A DNA stretch of 63,955 nt, the filler included, from Reclinomonas americana ATCC 50394 (lineage: Eukaryota), in NCBI GenBank assembly GCA_048213135.1. It is 13 parts of 13 records of this genome, joined end to end, with 100 filler letters (N's around TTAATTAATTAA, not from the genome) between each part and the next. Parts side by side here need not be neighbours in the genome. Positions count along the whole stretch, not along the records: positions 7,431 to 15,131 come from AFZH01019867.1; positions 15,232 to 22,824 come from AFZH01019868.1; positions 22,925 to 24,654 come from AFZH01019869.1; positions 24,755 to 30,037 come from AFZH01019870.1; positions 30,138 to 32,471 come from AFZH01019872.1; 8 more parts are not named here. One strand, 5' to 3'. The notes under the pieces were generated by a model. It made no database searches and was not told the DNA's origin. It was given only the letters and a program-made list of their open reading frames with translations. The first letter of the stretch is position 1; each line of letters opens with the position of its first letter. A program made the translations under genes and the position numbers. Below, one piece after another: positions 11,901 to 32,192 of the stretch.

Positions 11901-14900
11901 CAATATCTTCCTCTTATTGCAGCACTGCTCTCCCATGAATCATATGGGTGGCGCGATGAACACTCAAGTAGCCAGACAACTACCGAAGAAGGACAAGACT
12001 GCATGCACACGCAACAAGTAGCCTCGCCAGCATCAGCTGCTCATCCTTGCTAATTGTGTGAGAATCACTCTCTTGTCGCTGTGAATGCGCTCCATGAGAC
12101 GATGCCTGTATGCACGCACCCCATCATCCATGGTCATACCTTGCTCCTGTCACTCTCACCCATATCGTCCTTCCCGCTCTCCTCCCCGTCGACCCTCGAA
12201 TCATCCTCTTCCTCCTCCTCCTCCTCCTTCCTCTCTTCTTTCTTCAGCACCTTGGCCTCCAGAAGAGCTGCATCTTGCTTGTCAGACCTGACAGCAGGAC
12301 ACGCCCGATGCCATCAAACCTCTTTCGCTGCACCACTCGACTGCCCGTACGATCTCCGCCTCGGAGAGACAGCCATTTCGAATCAGCGACGCTTGCAAGC
12401 CAGGGCACTCACGCACGACCAGCGCAGCTTGGGCGATGAGAGGCAGGAGAAGGTCGTTGCCCTTCAGCTTCATCTTCATCATATTCCATGACTCCTGCAG
12501 CACGTTCGACACCGTGAAAGAAGCGAGTGAGTGGACACAACCGGGAAATGTAGAAAGCGCACGAAGGAAAGTTTGCACACCTCCGAATGACCCCGTTCAT
12601 CAACCACAATCAGTGGCCTCACAATGGCATCCGCCAGGGCAGCGCCGCGCAGTTCACTCTTCTGCAAGAGTTACATGTATTAATGCTGGTTCACTTTGCA
12701 GTCATGTCTGAAATGAATTGCACAGACAGCTGCTCACCTTGATGAAGTCGCTCATGCTCTGGAGCACTCCATCAACTGACTTGGGCATGTCCCTGCGTGC
12801 AGACTTGACGGCATGGCCAAGAGTCTTTCCGAATGAATCCGTGACTGCGGGCGACGGGCTGCCAGCTCCCGATGAAGGAATACCACACTCATTGCAGGCG
12901 AGTTCAACGAGAACGCGCCGATGATGCAAAACAGTGGATGGCTTCAGAACTGGTGCCATAATGCCGAATGCCGTCACCAGTAGCTTCTTATTGTTGCACC
13001 GCTGTTCGCACACATGCACGCACGCACCAGGTGTTATGACAGTCAAGCACATGGCAAGGTGTAACTAATCTGCCTTGCTGGGGTATTGCAGCACATAAAC
13101 ACGCAACAAGCAGTCTGTGCAGCATCATTCGCTCGTCCGTGCTCAACTCTGCATTGAATGCATAGCGACCGCACTTGACGCGCTGCAAATACGCACCACA
13201 TGACATCGACTTATCAACACAACTGCCTCCCAAGCCATACACGGGCGACGACAACGCCGTACCTTACTCGTCTTTGATTCTTCACCATCATCACTTCCTG
13301 CATCCTCCTGTCAAAGCAACGCATCAACGCGTGGCCGAGTCCAAGAAGACACAGCCAGTCTTCGTCATTCATGAACTGCTGATGCTCACCTTGGTGTCAA
13401 CTTCTTCACGCTTGATGTCATCGTCGTTTTTCTTCACCACCATTTTCACATCGCCAGATTCTGCGTAATGCTGGTCAACACCAGTGCATGCAACAACAAC
13501 AGTCGCACGAAATCACAGACCTTTTGATTGGCACCACGTGACGGCGCGTGCAATCTCGGCCTCACAGAGGTGGTTGTCTCGAAGCAGTGCAGTCATGAGA
13601 CCATCGCACTCGCGCAGCGCATCCATGAACTGCTTGACAAACGGCTGAAGATGGTCTTTCCTGGTCTTGGTTGCTGTTGGCATTCTCTCCCATGATTCCT
13701 ATCTCGAACAAGCCGAGATAATAAACGTCAGTTGGCATGATCACAACCAACACAAGATCGAGTAACATAAGCGCACCTCCGTATATCCGCGATCATCCAC
13801 CACAATCAGTGATCTCACAACAGCATCCGCCAGAGCCGCGCCACTGAGCTGGCTCATCTGCAGATTGCAATCATCTGCTTGTTGGTTCAATATGCCACAA
13901 TCGCCGCAGGGACACATGCTTGCTCACCTCGATATAGTTGCTCACGCTCCGAAGCACGCCCTCAACTGATTTGGGCGTTCTGTTGCGTGAATCACTTGCA
14001 GTTTGACCAAGCTTCTTGCCGAATGCACACTGGACTGCAGACGACGTACGATCCGGTGCTGACAATTGAATCCCGCAATCGTCACAAGCCAGCTCAAAGA
14101 TAACACTCTGATGGTGGATGACGGTGGACGGCTGAACAATTGATGCCATCAGGCCAAACGCCTTCACCAGGATCCTCTTCCGATTACATCGCTGCGAGTG
14201 AGTGATACAAGAAGAATGGTGAGTGCGACGACGAGAAAGAGGAGGCTGAAGGGGTTACAATGATGTCGGAGAGAGCATGCACACGCAACAAGCAGCTTGT
14301 TCAGCAACAGCTCCTCGTCAGCGCTCAACTCCACTGGTTCTTTCGCAGCTCGAGTCTTGCCGAGCTGTGAATTCACAACACGCAGGATTGACACAAGAGA
14401 ACCCACATGCACATCAATGAAGAAACACAACAATGTCAGTGACAAAGAATCCATACCATCTTCTTCTTCTTTGGCGGTGCAAGCTCGTCGTCGCTGGATG
14501 AATCCACCTGCAGAGAATGGAGAGAACATTAGGTGTCAACTGCCATGCATGAGCGAGAAGCAAAGTGAGACGCGCGCCTCATCGGAGCTCACCTCCAGAG
14601 AACGCTTGCGGGATGATGTCTCATCTGAGCCACGTGCAGGCAAGTTCTCACCGTGATCAACCAGGGACGAATCTACTCGCCGCCTCCTCGCATGTTGCTG
14701 TGCAATCATGCCATGAAAGAGAGAGCGAGAGAGTTCAGTTAGAGACATGCTCATCCTGGGATGACACACACAATCACTATACCTCGACGATGCCTTCCAT
14801 CGCTGTGTGTTCCATGTGCTCCTGGTGGGCAGCTGCGTGGCATGTACCACCCAGGTGAGACACTACGCGACACGAGAACACCAATGACTGCAGGGGAGAG

Positions 14901-15100
14901 AGAGAGAGAGAGACGCACCCTGCTCAGTGCGATTCTCCGCGTCACTTCGGGCAGCGGCAACGGCGGCTGTGCTCTCGTTGGTCTTCCTGTCCTTCAACAA
15001 GCCAGCTGGTTCTGCAACACGGAATGGAACACACGACAATCCATGATGAGAAAGAAGAAGAAGAAGAAGAAGAAGAAGAAGAAGAAGAAGAAGAAGAAGA

Positions 15101-15131
<31 letters not shown>

Positions 15132-15271
15132 NNNNNNNNNNNNNNNNNNNNNNNNNNNNNNNNNNNNNNNNNNNNTTAATTAATTAANNNNNNNNNNNNN
15201 NNNNNNNNNNNNNNNNNNNNNNNNNNNNNNNGTCGAACAAGGCGACAAGACACGAAGGAGGAGAGATAAAC

Positions 15272-15326
<55 letters not shown>

Positions 15327-15687
15327 ACACACCTTTCTTGGCAGTGACACTGGTGGTGGTGACAGACGTGGAAAAGGAAGAAGAAGAAGAGGAAGAGGCA
15401 GGCACTCGTCGCCTCGCCATCGCAGGCACGCCACGATGAGCAGACGACCCCGATGCGCTCTTCTTCTTCTTCTCATCATCATCGTCGTTGATGTTGATGG
15501 AGAGAGAGGAGGAGGAATGCATCATCATCATCATTGGCGTCGTCACATGCTGCTTGCTGTCGATGAGCATCATGTCTGCTTTCTCGTCTTCGTCGCACGG
15601 AGGCGAGGCCGACATTGGCAGCGAAAGAGTTGTTGTTGTTGAGCGAGAGCGCGGTGGTGGAGGAGGAGGAGGAGGTCGAGCGGCCAT
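8940..15687 (-). CDS. Array gene copy B: five-domain repeat protein of unknown family (roughly 1,200-1,300 aa after splicing)
   Basis: Same exon series as copy A. Each domain is exon a (..LS.DE.LML.RL), exon b (CNKKR..AFGLMAP..HHQRVL.LAC..CGIP..TPKSVEGVL..FIE, 88 aa), exon c (KSELRGAAL.DA.ERPL.V.DERG.SE) and exon d (LLP.V.QA..AL..CPGL...LLRDGCLS..EI.RA..WC), then an acidic linker. Ends EDEDM*. No disruption seen in the exons I checked. Confidence 0.8.
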
Positions 15688-16839
15688 TTGTGTGTGTCTT
15701 GGTTGTTGTTGTTCCACACACGCGCGCGCTGCGTGATTCAAGAAACCAAGAGATAAGAGAACAATGAAGATTCGTTGATCCGAACAGCAAGATGAAATGG
15801 TGACAAGTCGTGATGGAAGGTGAGGAGGAGGAGTGTGGTGGGGAGAAGGGGGAGAGGAGTGTCAGAGAACGGGGCAACCTTGGGTGCATCGTCAACTGCG
15901 ATTGTTCTCCACGACCAGCAATGCATATCTCCTTGCAATTGGTTTGATCATGGAGAGAGCATGGATCAGGGGAAGCTGCAGCTGAGGTGATGATGGACAA
16001 CAACTCCACACTGAGTACAACAGGGCAGATGAGCAGCATCCCCTCGATGGACACTGAGGAAGAGCCACGGACAGATACAATGAAAAGGTCACGATATCGC
16101 ATCCAGCTGAAAACCACAAACCTGATCGCCATCAAGACTGCATTCCAACTGCACCCGCTGCAGTGGAGCCGATAGGAGGCGCAGGAGTATCAACAGGACC
16201 AACAAAGCAGCATTGCGTGCTGCTTAATCCACATCGATCCACAGGAAATACGAGTCACTTGCACAATCTCGCGATGAGTCTGTTGGTTGCCATCGTGCAC
16301 CAGCGATGTACTGCTCTGCCGTTGCCATTAACACGGAAGAAGCAAGTGTCGCGGCCTTCGAATATGGCTGGCCTTGGTCAACAAGACAGCCATTCTCGTG
16401 CAAAATCACGACAGCAAATGCATGCCTCCGTGGCGGCTACACGTACAGCAACATTCATTCGCCCACCAAGTCAAATGTTGGCCCTGGTTCCACTCTTCAT
16501 TCACTCAACTTGTTCTTCCTCCTGCGGCAACAACAGGCAATCAGCTGCATGCAGAGAAAAACACACATGCAGAGTCCATGGCTCACAACACAAGGCACTT
16601 GCTCACAAATATCACTCTTAGTGCACTGGGGTACTGCCTTCTTCTTCCCCGACAAGCTGCCAATGCATGTGCTGCCTGCCCAATGAATTCTCTTCCGCTC
16701 TCTCATTCCTCCTGCTGCCACTCACTCCCACTCTCTCGCCACGCACCGGTGTCGGTACGTCATCGTTCATCCAGGCTTAAGGCAGCGTCTTGCTCTTCAC
16801 ATCCAGCCTCTCCTCCTCCACTACCTTGAATTGGTTGCT

Positions 16840-23245
<6,406 letters not shown>

Positions 23246-24416
23246 TTGTGTGTGTCTCTGTTCTTGTCTCGCACACACGCGCGTGCTGCGTGATGCAAGC
23301 AACGAAGAGAGAGAATGAAGATTCGTTGATCCGAACAGCAAAGATGAAAGGTGACAAGTCGTGATGTGGGAAGAGGAGGAGGATGGAGTGTGGTGGGGAG
23401 AAGGGGAACAGAGAGGAGAGAAGATGGTGTCGAACTGGGCATCCTTGGGTGCATCGTCAATCTGCCATTGTTCCCCATGACCAGCAATGCATGCCTCTTT
23501 GTTTTGGATCTCTCTCAGACGGAGAGAACATGGATCAGGGAAGCTGGTGCCGAGATGATGATGGACTCCACAGAAAGTACAACAGGGCAGATGAGCAGCA
23601 TACCCTCGATGGACACCGAGGAAGAGCCACGGACAGAGAAAATGAGAAAGGTCACGATATTGCGATCCAGCTGAACACCACAACCCTGATCGCCATCGAG
23701 ACTGCATGCCGCTGAGATGGTGTCGAGTGAAGGTGCAGGAGTATCAACAGGACCAACAAAGCAGCATTGCCTGCTGCTCAATCCACATCGATCCACAGGA
23801 AATACGAGTCACTTGCACAATCTCGCTATCGACGACTCCCTCACCCGCAGCTGCTGGTGGGCCACCATGCACCAGCGATGTGCTGCTCTGCCGCTGTCAT
23901 GAACACAGAAGAAGCAAGTGTCGTTGATTACGAATATGGCTGGCCTTGGTCAACAAGACAGCCATTCTCATGCAAATCACGACAGCAAATGCATGCCTCC
24001 GTGGCGGCTACATGCACTACAGCAGCACTCATTCGCCCACCAAGTCCAATGAAGGCCCCGGTTCCAATCCTTCACTCATCTTGCTCTTCCTCCTGCGACA
24101 ACAACAGGCAATCAGCTGCAAGAAGAGAAAACTCACATGCAGAGTCTATCCCTCACAACACAGGACAGCTGTAAAAAATACTGATGCACTGGGTTTCTGC
24201 TTCTTTCTTCTTCGACAGGCTCCATCGACCTCACAACGCCATGCATGCGCTGCTTACCCAGTGAACTGTCTTTCCCTCTCCCATCCCTCCTGCTGCCGCT
24301 CACTCCCACTCTCTCGCCACTCACCGACGCAGGCATATATCATCGTCCATCCACGGCAGCGTCTAGCTCTTCACATCCAGCCCCTCCTCCTCCACCACCA
24401 CCGTGAATTGCTTGCC

Positions 24417-27400
24417 CTACATGTATTCCTCCTCGTCCTCCTCGTCCTCCTCCTCCTCCTCCTCCTCCCCCTCCTCCTCCTCCTCCTCTTCCTCCTCCTC
24501 CTCCTCCTCCTCCTCCTCCTCCTCTTCCTCCTCCTTTTTCTTCACCACCTCCATCTTCACCGGCTTCTCGTCGCCCACCACTGCATTATGCTCGTTAGAA
24601 ATGACGGTGGCACGACATGCAAAAACAGCAGATGCTCCCACATTGTTGCATTTGNNNNNNNNNNNNNNNNNNNNNNNNNNNNNNNNNNNNNNNNNNNNTT
24701 AATTAATTAANNNNNNNNNNNNNNNNNNNNNNNNNNNNNNNNNNNNNNNNNNNNAATGCCTTCACCAGAACCCTCTTCTTGTTGCAACCCTGCTCTCAGG
24801 TGTGACGCATGGGTGGGAGCGAGTGAGTAGCTTATGACAGCAATGCCGGCAATACGAAGAACACGCAACAACCAATCTCGCAAGCATCAATTGCTCGTTG
24901 ATGCTCAACTTCGCAGGATCAATCTTGCGGCGCTGTGAAACACAGGCCACGCAGTATTGAGACGTATATCATGCATCACAAAGAGCGCAGCGTCGGGCGT
25001 ACCTTGTTTCTCTTCGCGTCATCGTCCACATTCTCGCTGTCGTCATCATGTTCCTGCTCAACCTCCCTCTCCTCCTCTTTCTCCATCATCTCCATCTCCC
25101 TGACAACTGGCCACTTGCTTGTCAGCACAAGTAAGCAACAAAGCCACGAGCACAAGCAACCAAACCTCTTTCACTGCACCATTCGGCGGCACGTGCAATC
25201 TCCGCCTGCGAAAGGCAGCCGTCCCGAAGCAGAGTGGCCAGCAGGTCTGGACAGCCGTGGAGAGCTTGTATGGCCTGTCTGACGTGTGGCAGAAGAGCAC
25301 TAGAAGTGGCTCCCTTCTGCCACTTTGCTGCCGATTCCTGTCATCCGAGCCTCAGCAATGTGAGCCAGCTTTCAATGACGCGCATTAGCAAACACAATCT
25401 CACACGCGCCTCAGAGTAGCCACGTTCGCCAATCACAATCAGCGGTCTCTCGACGGCATCCACCAACTCAGCTCCCCGAAGACCACTCTTCTGATGGCGA
25501 CATCCACGTCGAAGTCGAGTCAGGTACCACGAACATAGCAATCGGAAGGATACTGAAACAACACACCGACACACTCACCTCTATGAAATTGTTGAAACTC
25601 TTGAGCACACCCTCCACCGACTTGGGCGTCTCACCACGTGCTCTATTGGCACTATCGGCAAGACTCTTAACAAATGCAGACAAGACTGCGGCCGAAGGGC
25701 AGCCCCGTCCCTCCAACGATATTCCGCATTCGTCACAGGCAAGTTGGAGGAGAACGCGCTGATGATGGAGGACTGTGGATCTCAGCACCACGGGTGCCAT
25801 CAAACCGAATGCCTTCACCAGCATCCTCTTCTTGTTGCAACCCTGCTCCGAGGCGCAGTGAGCAGACGGGAGTAACAGCATTGTCGGTGACATGCAGAGA
25901 TAACAGCAACACGCAACAAGTAACTTCGCCAACATCAGTTGCTCGGTGACGCTCAGCTTCCCAGGACCGCTCTTGCGGCGCTGTGAAGCGCAAACCACAC
26001 AAAGTTAGGACACGCATCTGTCTCGCATCTAACGGAAACGAGCGACGGGCGTACCTTGCCATCGTCCTCGTCCTCCTGCTCTTCCTCCCTCTTCTCCTCT
26101 TTCTTCACCATCTCCATCTCCCTCAGTGCTGTTCAATCGTTGTTGAGCATATGCACACACTGTACAGCTATGCAAGTCACGCAGCCAAACCTCGTTCACC
26201 GCACCACTGGACAGCACGTGTGATCTCTGTCTTTGAAAAACAGCCGTCTCGAAGCAGAGTGTACAGCAGGCCAGGGCAGTTGTGGAGAGCCTCTATAGCT
26301 TGTGTAAAAAACGGCAGAAGAGGACTCTGCCTTCTGTGCTGCATCCCCGGCAACTTTGACGATTCCTGACAACCAAATTCCAGAACAGAAAGCATGAGAA
26401 TATGGCAGCCAATATGTACAACGCACACTGAGTGCGGGGCAGCCAACCTCCGAATAGCCACGTTCATCCACCACAACCAGGGGTCTGTCAATGGCATCCG
26501 CCAGAGCAGCGCCACGCAGTTCACTCTTCTGCATAATGCCACATACATTAGCGATGGTATTGATTCAGTCGCGCGAAATGGACGCTGCTCACCTCGATAA
26601 AGTCGCCCATCATGTGCAGCACTCTCCCAACTGACTTGGGCGTCTTATCGCGTACCTGTTGGACGACACTGCCAAAATTCTTGCCGAGTGAACTCACGAC
26701 TACCGCCGAAAGGCAGCCTGCTTTCGATGAAGGGATGCCACACTCCTTGCTTGCCAAGTCAAAAAGAATGCGCTGGTGATGCCGGACGGTGGATGGCAGC
26801 ACAATTGGCGCCATGATGCCAAACGCCATCACCAGTACCTTCCTCTTATTGCAGCACTGCTCTCGCATGAATCACATGGGTGGTGCGGTGAAAACTCAAT
26901 CAGCCAGACAACTACCAAAGAAGGACAAGACTGCAATCAAACGCAACAAGCAGCCTCGCCAACATCAGTTGCTCGTCCTTGCTCATCGTTGTTGGAGCAG
27001 TCCCTTGTCGCTGTGAATGCGCTCCATGAGACGATGCCAGTATGCACTCACCCCATCATCCAAGGTCATACCTTGCTCCTGTCACCTTCGCCGGAGTCGT
27101 CCTCATCTTCCTCCCCGTCGACCCTCGAATCATCCTCTTCCTCCTCCTCCTCCTCCTCCTTTTTCATCATTTCTTCCTTCAGCACCTTCACATCCAGCAG
27201 AGCTGCATCTCGTTCGTCAGTTCTGGCAAGTTGCACAGGAGAACGTATTCGACGCCGTCAAACCTCTGTTGCTGCACCACTCGACGGCCCGTGCGATCTC
27301 CTCCTCGGAGAGACAGCCGTCTCGAATCAGCAACGCTTGCAAGCCAGGACACTCACGCAGGGCCTGCGCGGCTTGGACGACGAGCGGCAGGAGACGGTTG

Positions 27401-29943
27401 CTGCCATTCGGCTTCTTCTTCATCATATTCCATGACTCCTGAAGCACGATCGACATCGACGCGGGTGAGTGGACACAAACCGGGAAATGCAGAAAGCACA
27501 CAAAGGAAAGTTTGCACACCTCCGAATGGCCCCGTTCGTCAACCACAATCAGTGGTCTCTCAATGGTATCTGTCAGAGCAGCGCCGCGCAGTTCGCTCTT
27601 CTGCAAGAGTTACATATGTATTAATGCTGGTTCACTTTGCAGTCACGTGTGAAATAGACAGCACAGGCAGATGCTCACCTTGATGAAATCGCTCATGCTC
27701 CGGAGAATTCCCTCAACTGATTTGGATGTCTTGGTGCGCGCTTGCTGGACGACATGGACAAGAGTCTTGGCGACTAAATCCATGACTGCGGGCGACGGAC
27801 TGCCACCTCCCGATGAAGGAACACCACACGCATTGCAGGCGAGTTCAACGAGAACGCGCTGATGATGAAAGACTGTGTTTCGTTTCAGAATCGGTGCCAT
27901 GATACCGAATGCCATCACCAGTAGCTTCTTCTTGTTGCACCGCTGTTCGCACACATCCACGCACGCACCAGGTGTTATGACAGGCAAGCACATGGCAGAG
28001 TGCAACTAATCTGCCTTGCTGGGGTATTGCACACGCAACAAGAAGTCTGTCCAGCACGGTTCGCTCGTCCATGCTCAAATCCGCATTGAATACATAGCGA
28101 CTGCACTTGACGCGCTGCAAATACGCACCCCATGAGACATCGACAATTAACACAACTGCCACCCAAGCCGTACACAAGTGGCGACAACGTCGTACCTTGC
28201 TCGGCTTTGATTCTTCACCATCATCACTTCCTGCATCCTCCTGTGAACGCAACGCATCAGCGCGTGGCCGAATCCACGAAGACACGCCCAGTTTCTGTCA
28301 TTCATGAGCTGTTGATGCTCACCTTGCTGTCAACTTCTTCATGCTTGATGCCATCGTCGTCTTTCTTCACCACCATTCTCACATCGCCAGATTCTGCGAG
28401 GTGCTGGTCAACACCGATGCAAGCAACAACAACAGTCTTATGAAATCGCAGACCTTTTGATTGGCACCAAGCGACGGCGCGTACAATCTCGGCCTCAGAG
28501 AGGTGGTTGCGTCGAAGCAGAGAAGTCAGAAGACCATCACACTCGCGCAGCGCATCCATTGCCTGCTTGACAAACGGCAGGAGATGGTCTTTCTGACTCT
28601 TGTTCTGAGGCGCCAATCTCTTCCACGATTCCTATCTCGAACAAGCCGAGAGAATAAACGTCAGTCGGCATGATCACAACCAACATAAGATCGAGTAACA
28701 TAAACGCACCTCCGTATATCCGTGCTCATCCACCACAATAAGTGGTCTCTCAACGGCATCCACCAGAGCCGCGCCACTGAGCTGGCTCACCTGCATTGTG
28801 CAATCATCTGCACGTTGGTTCATCTGTCACTATCGTTCACTGATACGTATGCATGTTCACCTCGATGCAATTGCTCACGCTCTGGAGCACACCCTTCACG
28901 GACCTGGGCGTTCTGTTGCGTGAATCACTTGCAGCTTGACCAAGCTTCTTGCCGAATGCGCACTTGACTGCAGACGACGAGCAACTCAGCTCCGACGATG
29001 GAATTCTGCAGTCGTCGCAGGCAACGTCGAAGATAGCACTCTGATGGTGGATGACGGTGGATTTCTGAACAACGGGTGCCATCAACCCGAATGCCTTCAC
29101 CAGCACCCTCTTCCGATTGCATCGCTGTGAGTGATACAAGAAGAATTGTGAGTGCGACGAGGAGAAGGAGGAGACTGAAGGGGTTGCAACGATGTCAGAG
29201 AGAGCATGCACACGCAACAAGCAGCTTGTTCAGCAGCAGCTCCTCGTCTGCGCTCAACTCCACTGGGGTTTTCGCAGCTCGAGTCTTGTCACGCTGTGAA
29301 TTCACACCATGCGTCATTGACACACAAGAGCCCAAATGCAGATCGACGAACAAGTACAACAATGTCAGCGACAGAGAATTCACACCTTCTTCTTCTTCTT
29401 CTTTGGCGGCGCAAGCTCGTCATCACTGGATGCATCCACCTGCGGAGAATGAACAGAAACATCAGGTGTCAACTGCCAAGCACGAGCAGGAGCAAGTGTG
29501 ATGCATGCCTCATCGGAGTTCACCTCCAGAGAACGTTTGCGGGCTGACGTCTCAATTGAGTCACGTGCAGGCAAGTCCTCGCTGTGATCCACGAGAGACG
29601 AGTCGACTCGCCGCCTCCTCGCGTGTTGCTGTGCAATCATGCCCAGAGAGAGAGAGAGAGAGAGTTCAGTTAGAGACATGCTCATAATGGGATGACACAC
29701 AATCACTGTACCTCGACGATGCCTTCCATTGCTGTGTATTCCATGTGCTCCTGGTGAGCAGCTGGGTGCATGCATCGCCCAGGTGAGAACTACGCGACAC
29801 GAGAACACCAATGACTGCAGGAGAGAGAGAGAGAGACGCACCCTGCTCAGTGCGGTTCTCCGCGTCACTTCGGGCAGCGGCAATAGCGGCCGTGCTCTCG
29901 TCAGCGTGCTTCTTCTTGTGGCCCTTCATGAAGTCAGCTGGTT
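24417..29943 (-). CDS. Array gene copy D, 5'-partial (exon 1 not visible; most of domain R5 lost in gap 24655-24754)
   Basis: Exon 2 (EPADFMKGHKKKH) starts at 29943; domains R1-R4 are complete; ends EEEYM* at 24417. Confidence 0.78.
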
Positions 29944-30265
29944 CTGCAACACGGAATGGAACACACGACAATCCATAATGAGAAAGAAGAAGAAGAAGAA
30001 GAAGAAGAAGACAAGAGAAGAAGAAGAACAAGAAGAANNNNNNNNNNNNNNNNNNNNNNNNNNNNNNNNNNNNNNNNNNNNTTAATTAATTAANNNNNNN
30101 NNNNNNNNNNNNNNNNNNNNNNNNNNNNNNNNNNNNNTCTCTCTCTGTCTCTGTCTCACTCGTTCTCTCTCAGTCTCTCCCTCTCCCTCTCTCTCCCTCT
30201 CTCTCCCTTCCCCTTCACCGCTCTCCATCTCCCTTCCCCTTCACCGCTCTCTCACCCATTCACAG

Positions 30266-31762
30266 GTGATGGACGAGGTTCGATCGTCGGGCACCAGTGC
30301 GCCACTAATGGCCAGTCCCGAGCGCGTGCAACTGGAGCGCGCTCTGCGACACTACGAGCTGGAGGACGCAGTGGGGATGATGGGCGGCGGGGAGCTGACG
30401 TGGTCGGTTCCGTCGTCGCGGGTGAGTGAGCGTGCGCAGCGCGAGGCCGGGTGGTCGGCCGAGGATCGTGCGGCGGTCGTCGTGCAAAAGTGGGTGCGAA
30501 GGTGCGGATACGGCGAGAGAAAGAGAGAGAGTGAAACAACGCAAAGTGAGCGAAGCACGTGAGCAAGAGGTCACGCGCGCAAGATATATGTGCGAGTGGA
30601 AGAGAGTGATGCATTGTGTTTTTCGTCTCTCCTCCGTCTGCTCACCGGATGTGTGTGTGGTGATGCTTGCAGGTGGCTGGCGCAGCAGCAGTTTATGCAG
30701 TTGCTGTTGGAGCAGTACGAGGAGAGCGGGCGGGAGCGTGATATTGTGGAGCGAGAGGTCGCCGAGGAGGTGGCGATGGAGCAGAAGCTGTTGCGGTTGC
30801 GGTGGTGATAAAGGGAAAGGGCCCGTGTGGAAAGGAGCTCACCTCGGTGATTGGTTGCAGGGAGGAACTCAGTGCGTCGCGTGAGTTGCGCGAATTGGCG
30901 AGGGAGGCGCGGGAAGCGCGGCGGTGGCATGCTGCGTTTGTCATTCAAATGGCCTGGTTGCGGTGGTGGCCGCAGGAGAAGGCAGTTGCGTGGAGTTGGG
31001 GGGAAAGGGAAATAGGGAGGGTGAAAGGAAGGACGCAGATTGTGAGGCTGAATAGAAGAAGCGACCGCGCTTGCATTCCGAAGTGAGGTGTCATGCAGTG
31101 TCCATTTTCGTATGTCGCGCCTCGAGAACAGCTAACAGAGGTGGGGAGGAAGGGAGGAGAGGGTGGACGCAGAGTATGAGGCTGAAGTAATGTGCAGAAC
31201 GCTGCCCTGGAACTGAGAAGCTAAACAGACTTCCACATCCCATGCTTTCCGAAGTGAGGTGTGATGCTGTCTCCATTTCATATCTCGCGCCTCGTGAACT
31301 GCGAACTGAGCTGGGGCACGATGGTCTGAAGTCTCGACAGCGCAGTCGGGCTACAGTCTGAGAGAGAATGGTGGGATGCTGCATCTGTGCGGAGAGGCCC
31401 ACAGCCTTTACTCTCTCTCTCTCTCTTTTCTCTCGTTCCACAGCGCCGCCTGATGACCGCCCCTTCCTCACACGACGCAGCCAGCCGCCGTGTGGCTGCT
31501 CTGCTGGCTGACATCGAGTCGTCCGCTTTGTGGCGTCACCGGCACGTTTCCAAGCTGCAGCAGGCGGAATTGGAGCACCTGGTGACGGCACTGGACCGGC
31601 GACTGCAACGTTGCGTGCACGGCATTGCTAGTATATCGTTGTCGTCTTGATCTCACTGCGTGCTCGGTAGTGGCCAACGTATCACTGGTCCACGCGCTGG
31701 AGGAGCGCGACGACCTGCTCGATATAGTGGCCTCTCGCGCCCCCACACTCGACGACGATTGA
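30266..31762 (+). CDS. IQ-motif (calmodulin-binding) coiled-coil protein, 5'-partial, multi-exon
   Basis: Spliced exons give AAVVVQKWVRR|WLAQQQF and AAFVIQMAWLR (two IQ-like motifs). Later exons give SKLQQAELEHLVTALDRRLQ|LANVSLVHALEERDDLLD..DDD* (TGA 31760-31762). Joining the two halves is inferred. Confidence 0.6.
31076..31299. repeat. Imperfect ~54-bp direct repeat pair (31076-31129 and 31247-31299)
   Basis: ttccgaagtgaggtgtcatgcagtgtccattttcgtatgtcgcgcctcgagaac versus ttccgaagtgaggtgtgatgctgtctccatttcatatctcgcgcctcgtgaac. Confidence 0.85.
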
Positions 31763-32192
31763 CGCGCCTCTTTGACGAATGGGTGACAAAAGAAGGGTGC
31801 AACCGCAGCGAAATACGCTCGCAAATGCGGGTCGGATCACAATGGCCGTCGCCAGCCCTGACCGAGAGGGCAAATGCATGAAGCGTCAAGAGATGCAACT
31901 GCCAAAAATGACGAATAGTGAACCGCGAGGGCGAGCATGACAGCCGCTGAGTGGGTACTTTTTGAGGCCGACACTGAGTGGGAAGTTGGAGACGAGAAAT
32001 GTGTTTGTATATCGTTGGTGTGCAAAGGTCATTATCGGCAAGGGATTTGTGGACATTTGTCGTGTAGTGAATGTAGTGGATGGAAGTGTCTTGCTTGGCA
32101 CAAGCCGCGAGAACTTCGCATCTTCTTATGTGTCCGAGTGTCCGCACAACGCATTGATTGTTCCGCCCCCTCCCTTCCCTCCTCAGCAACGA

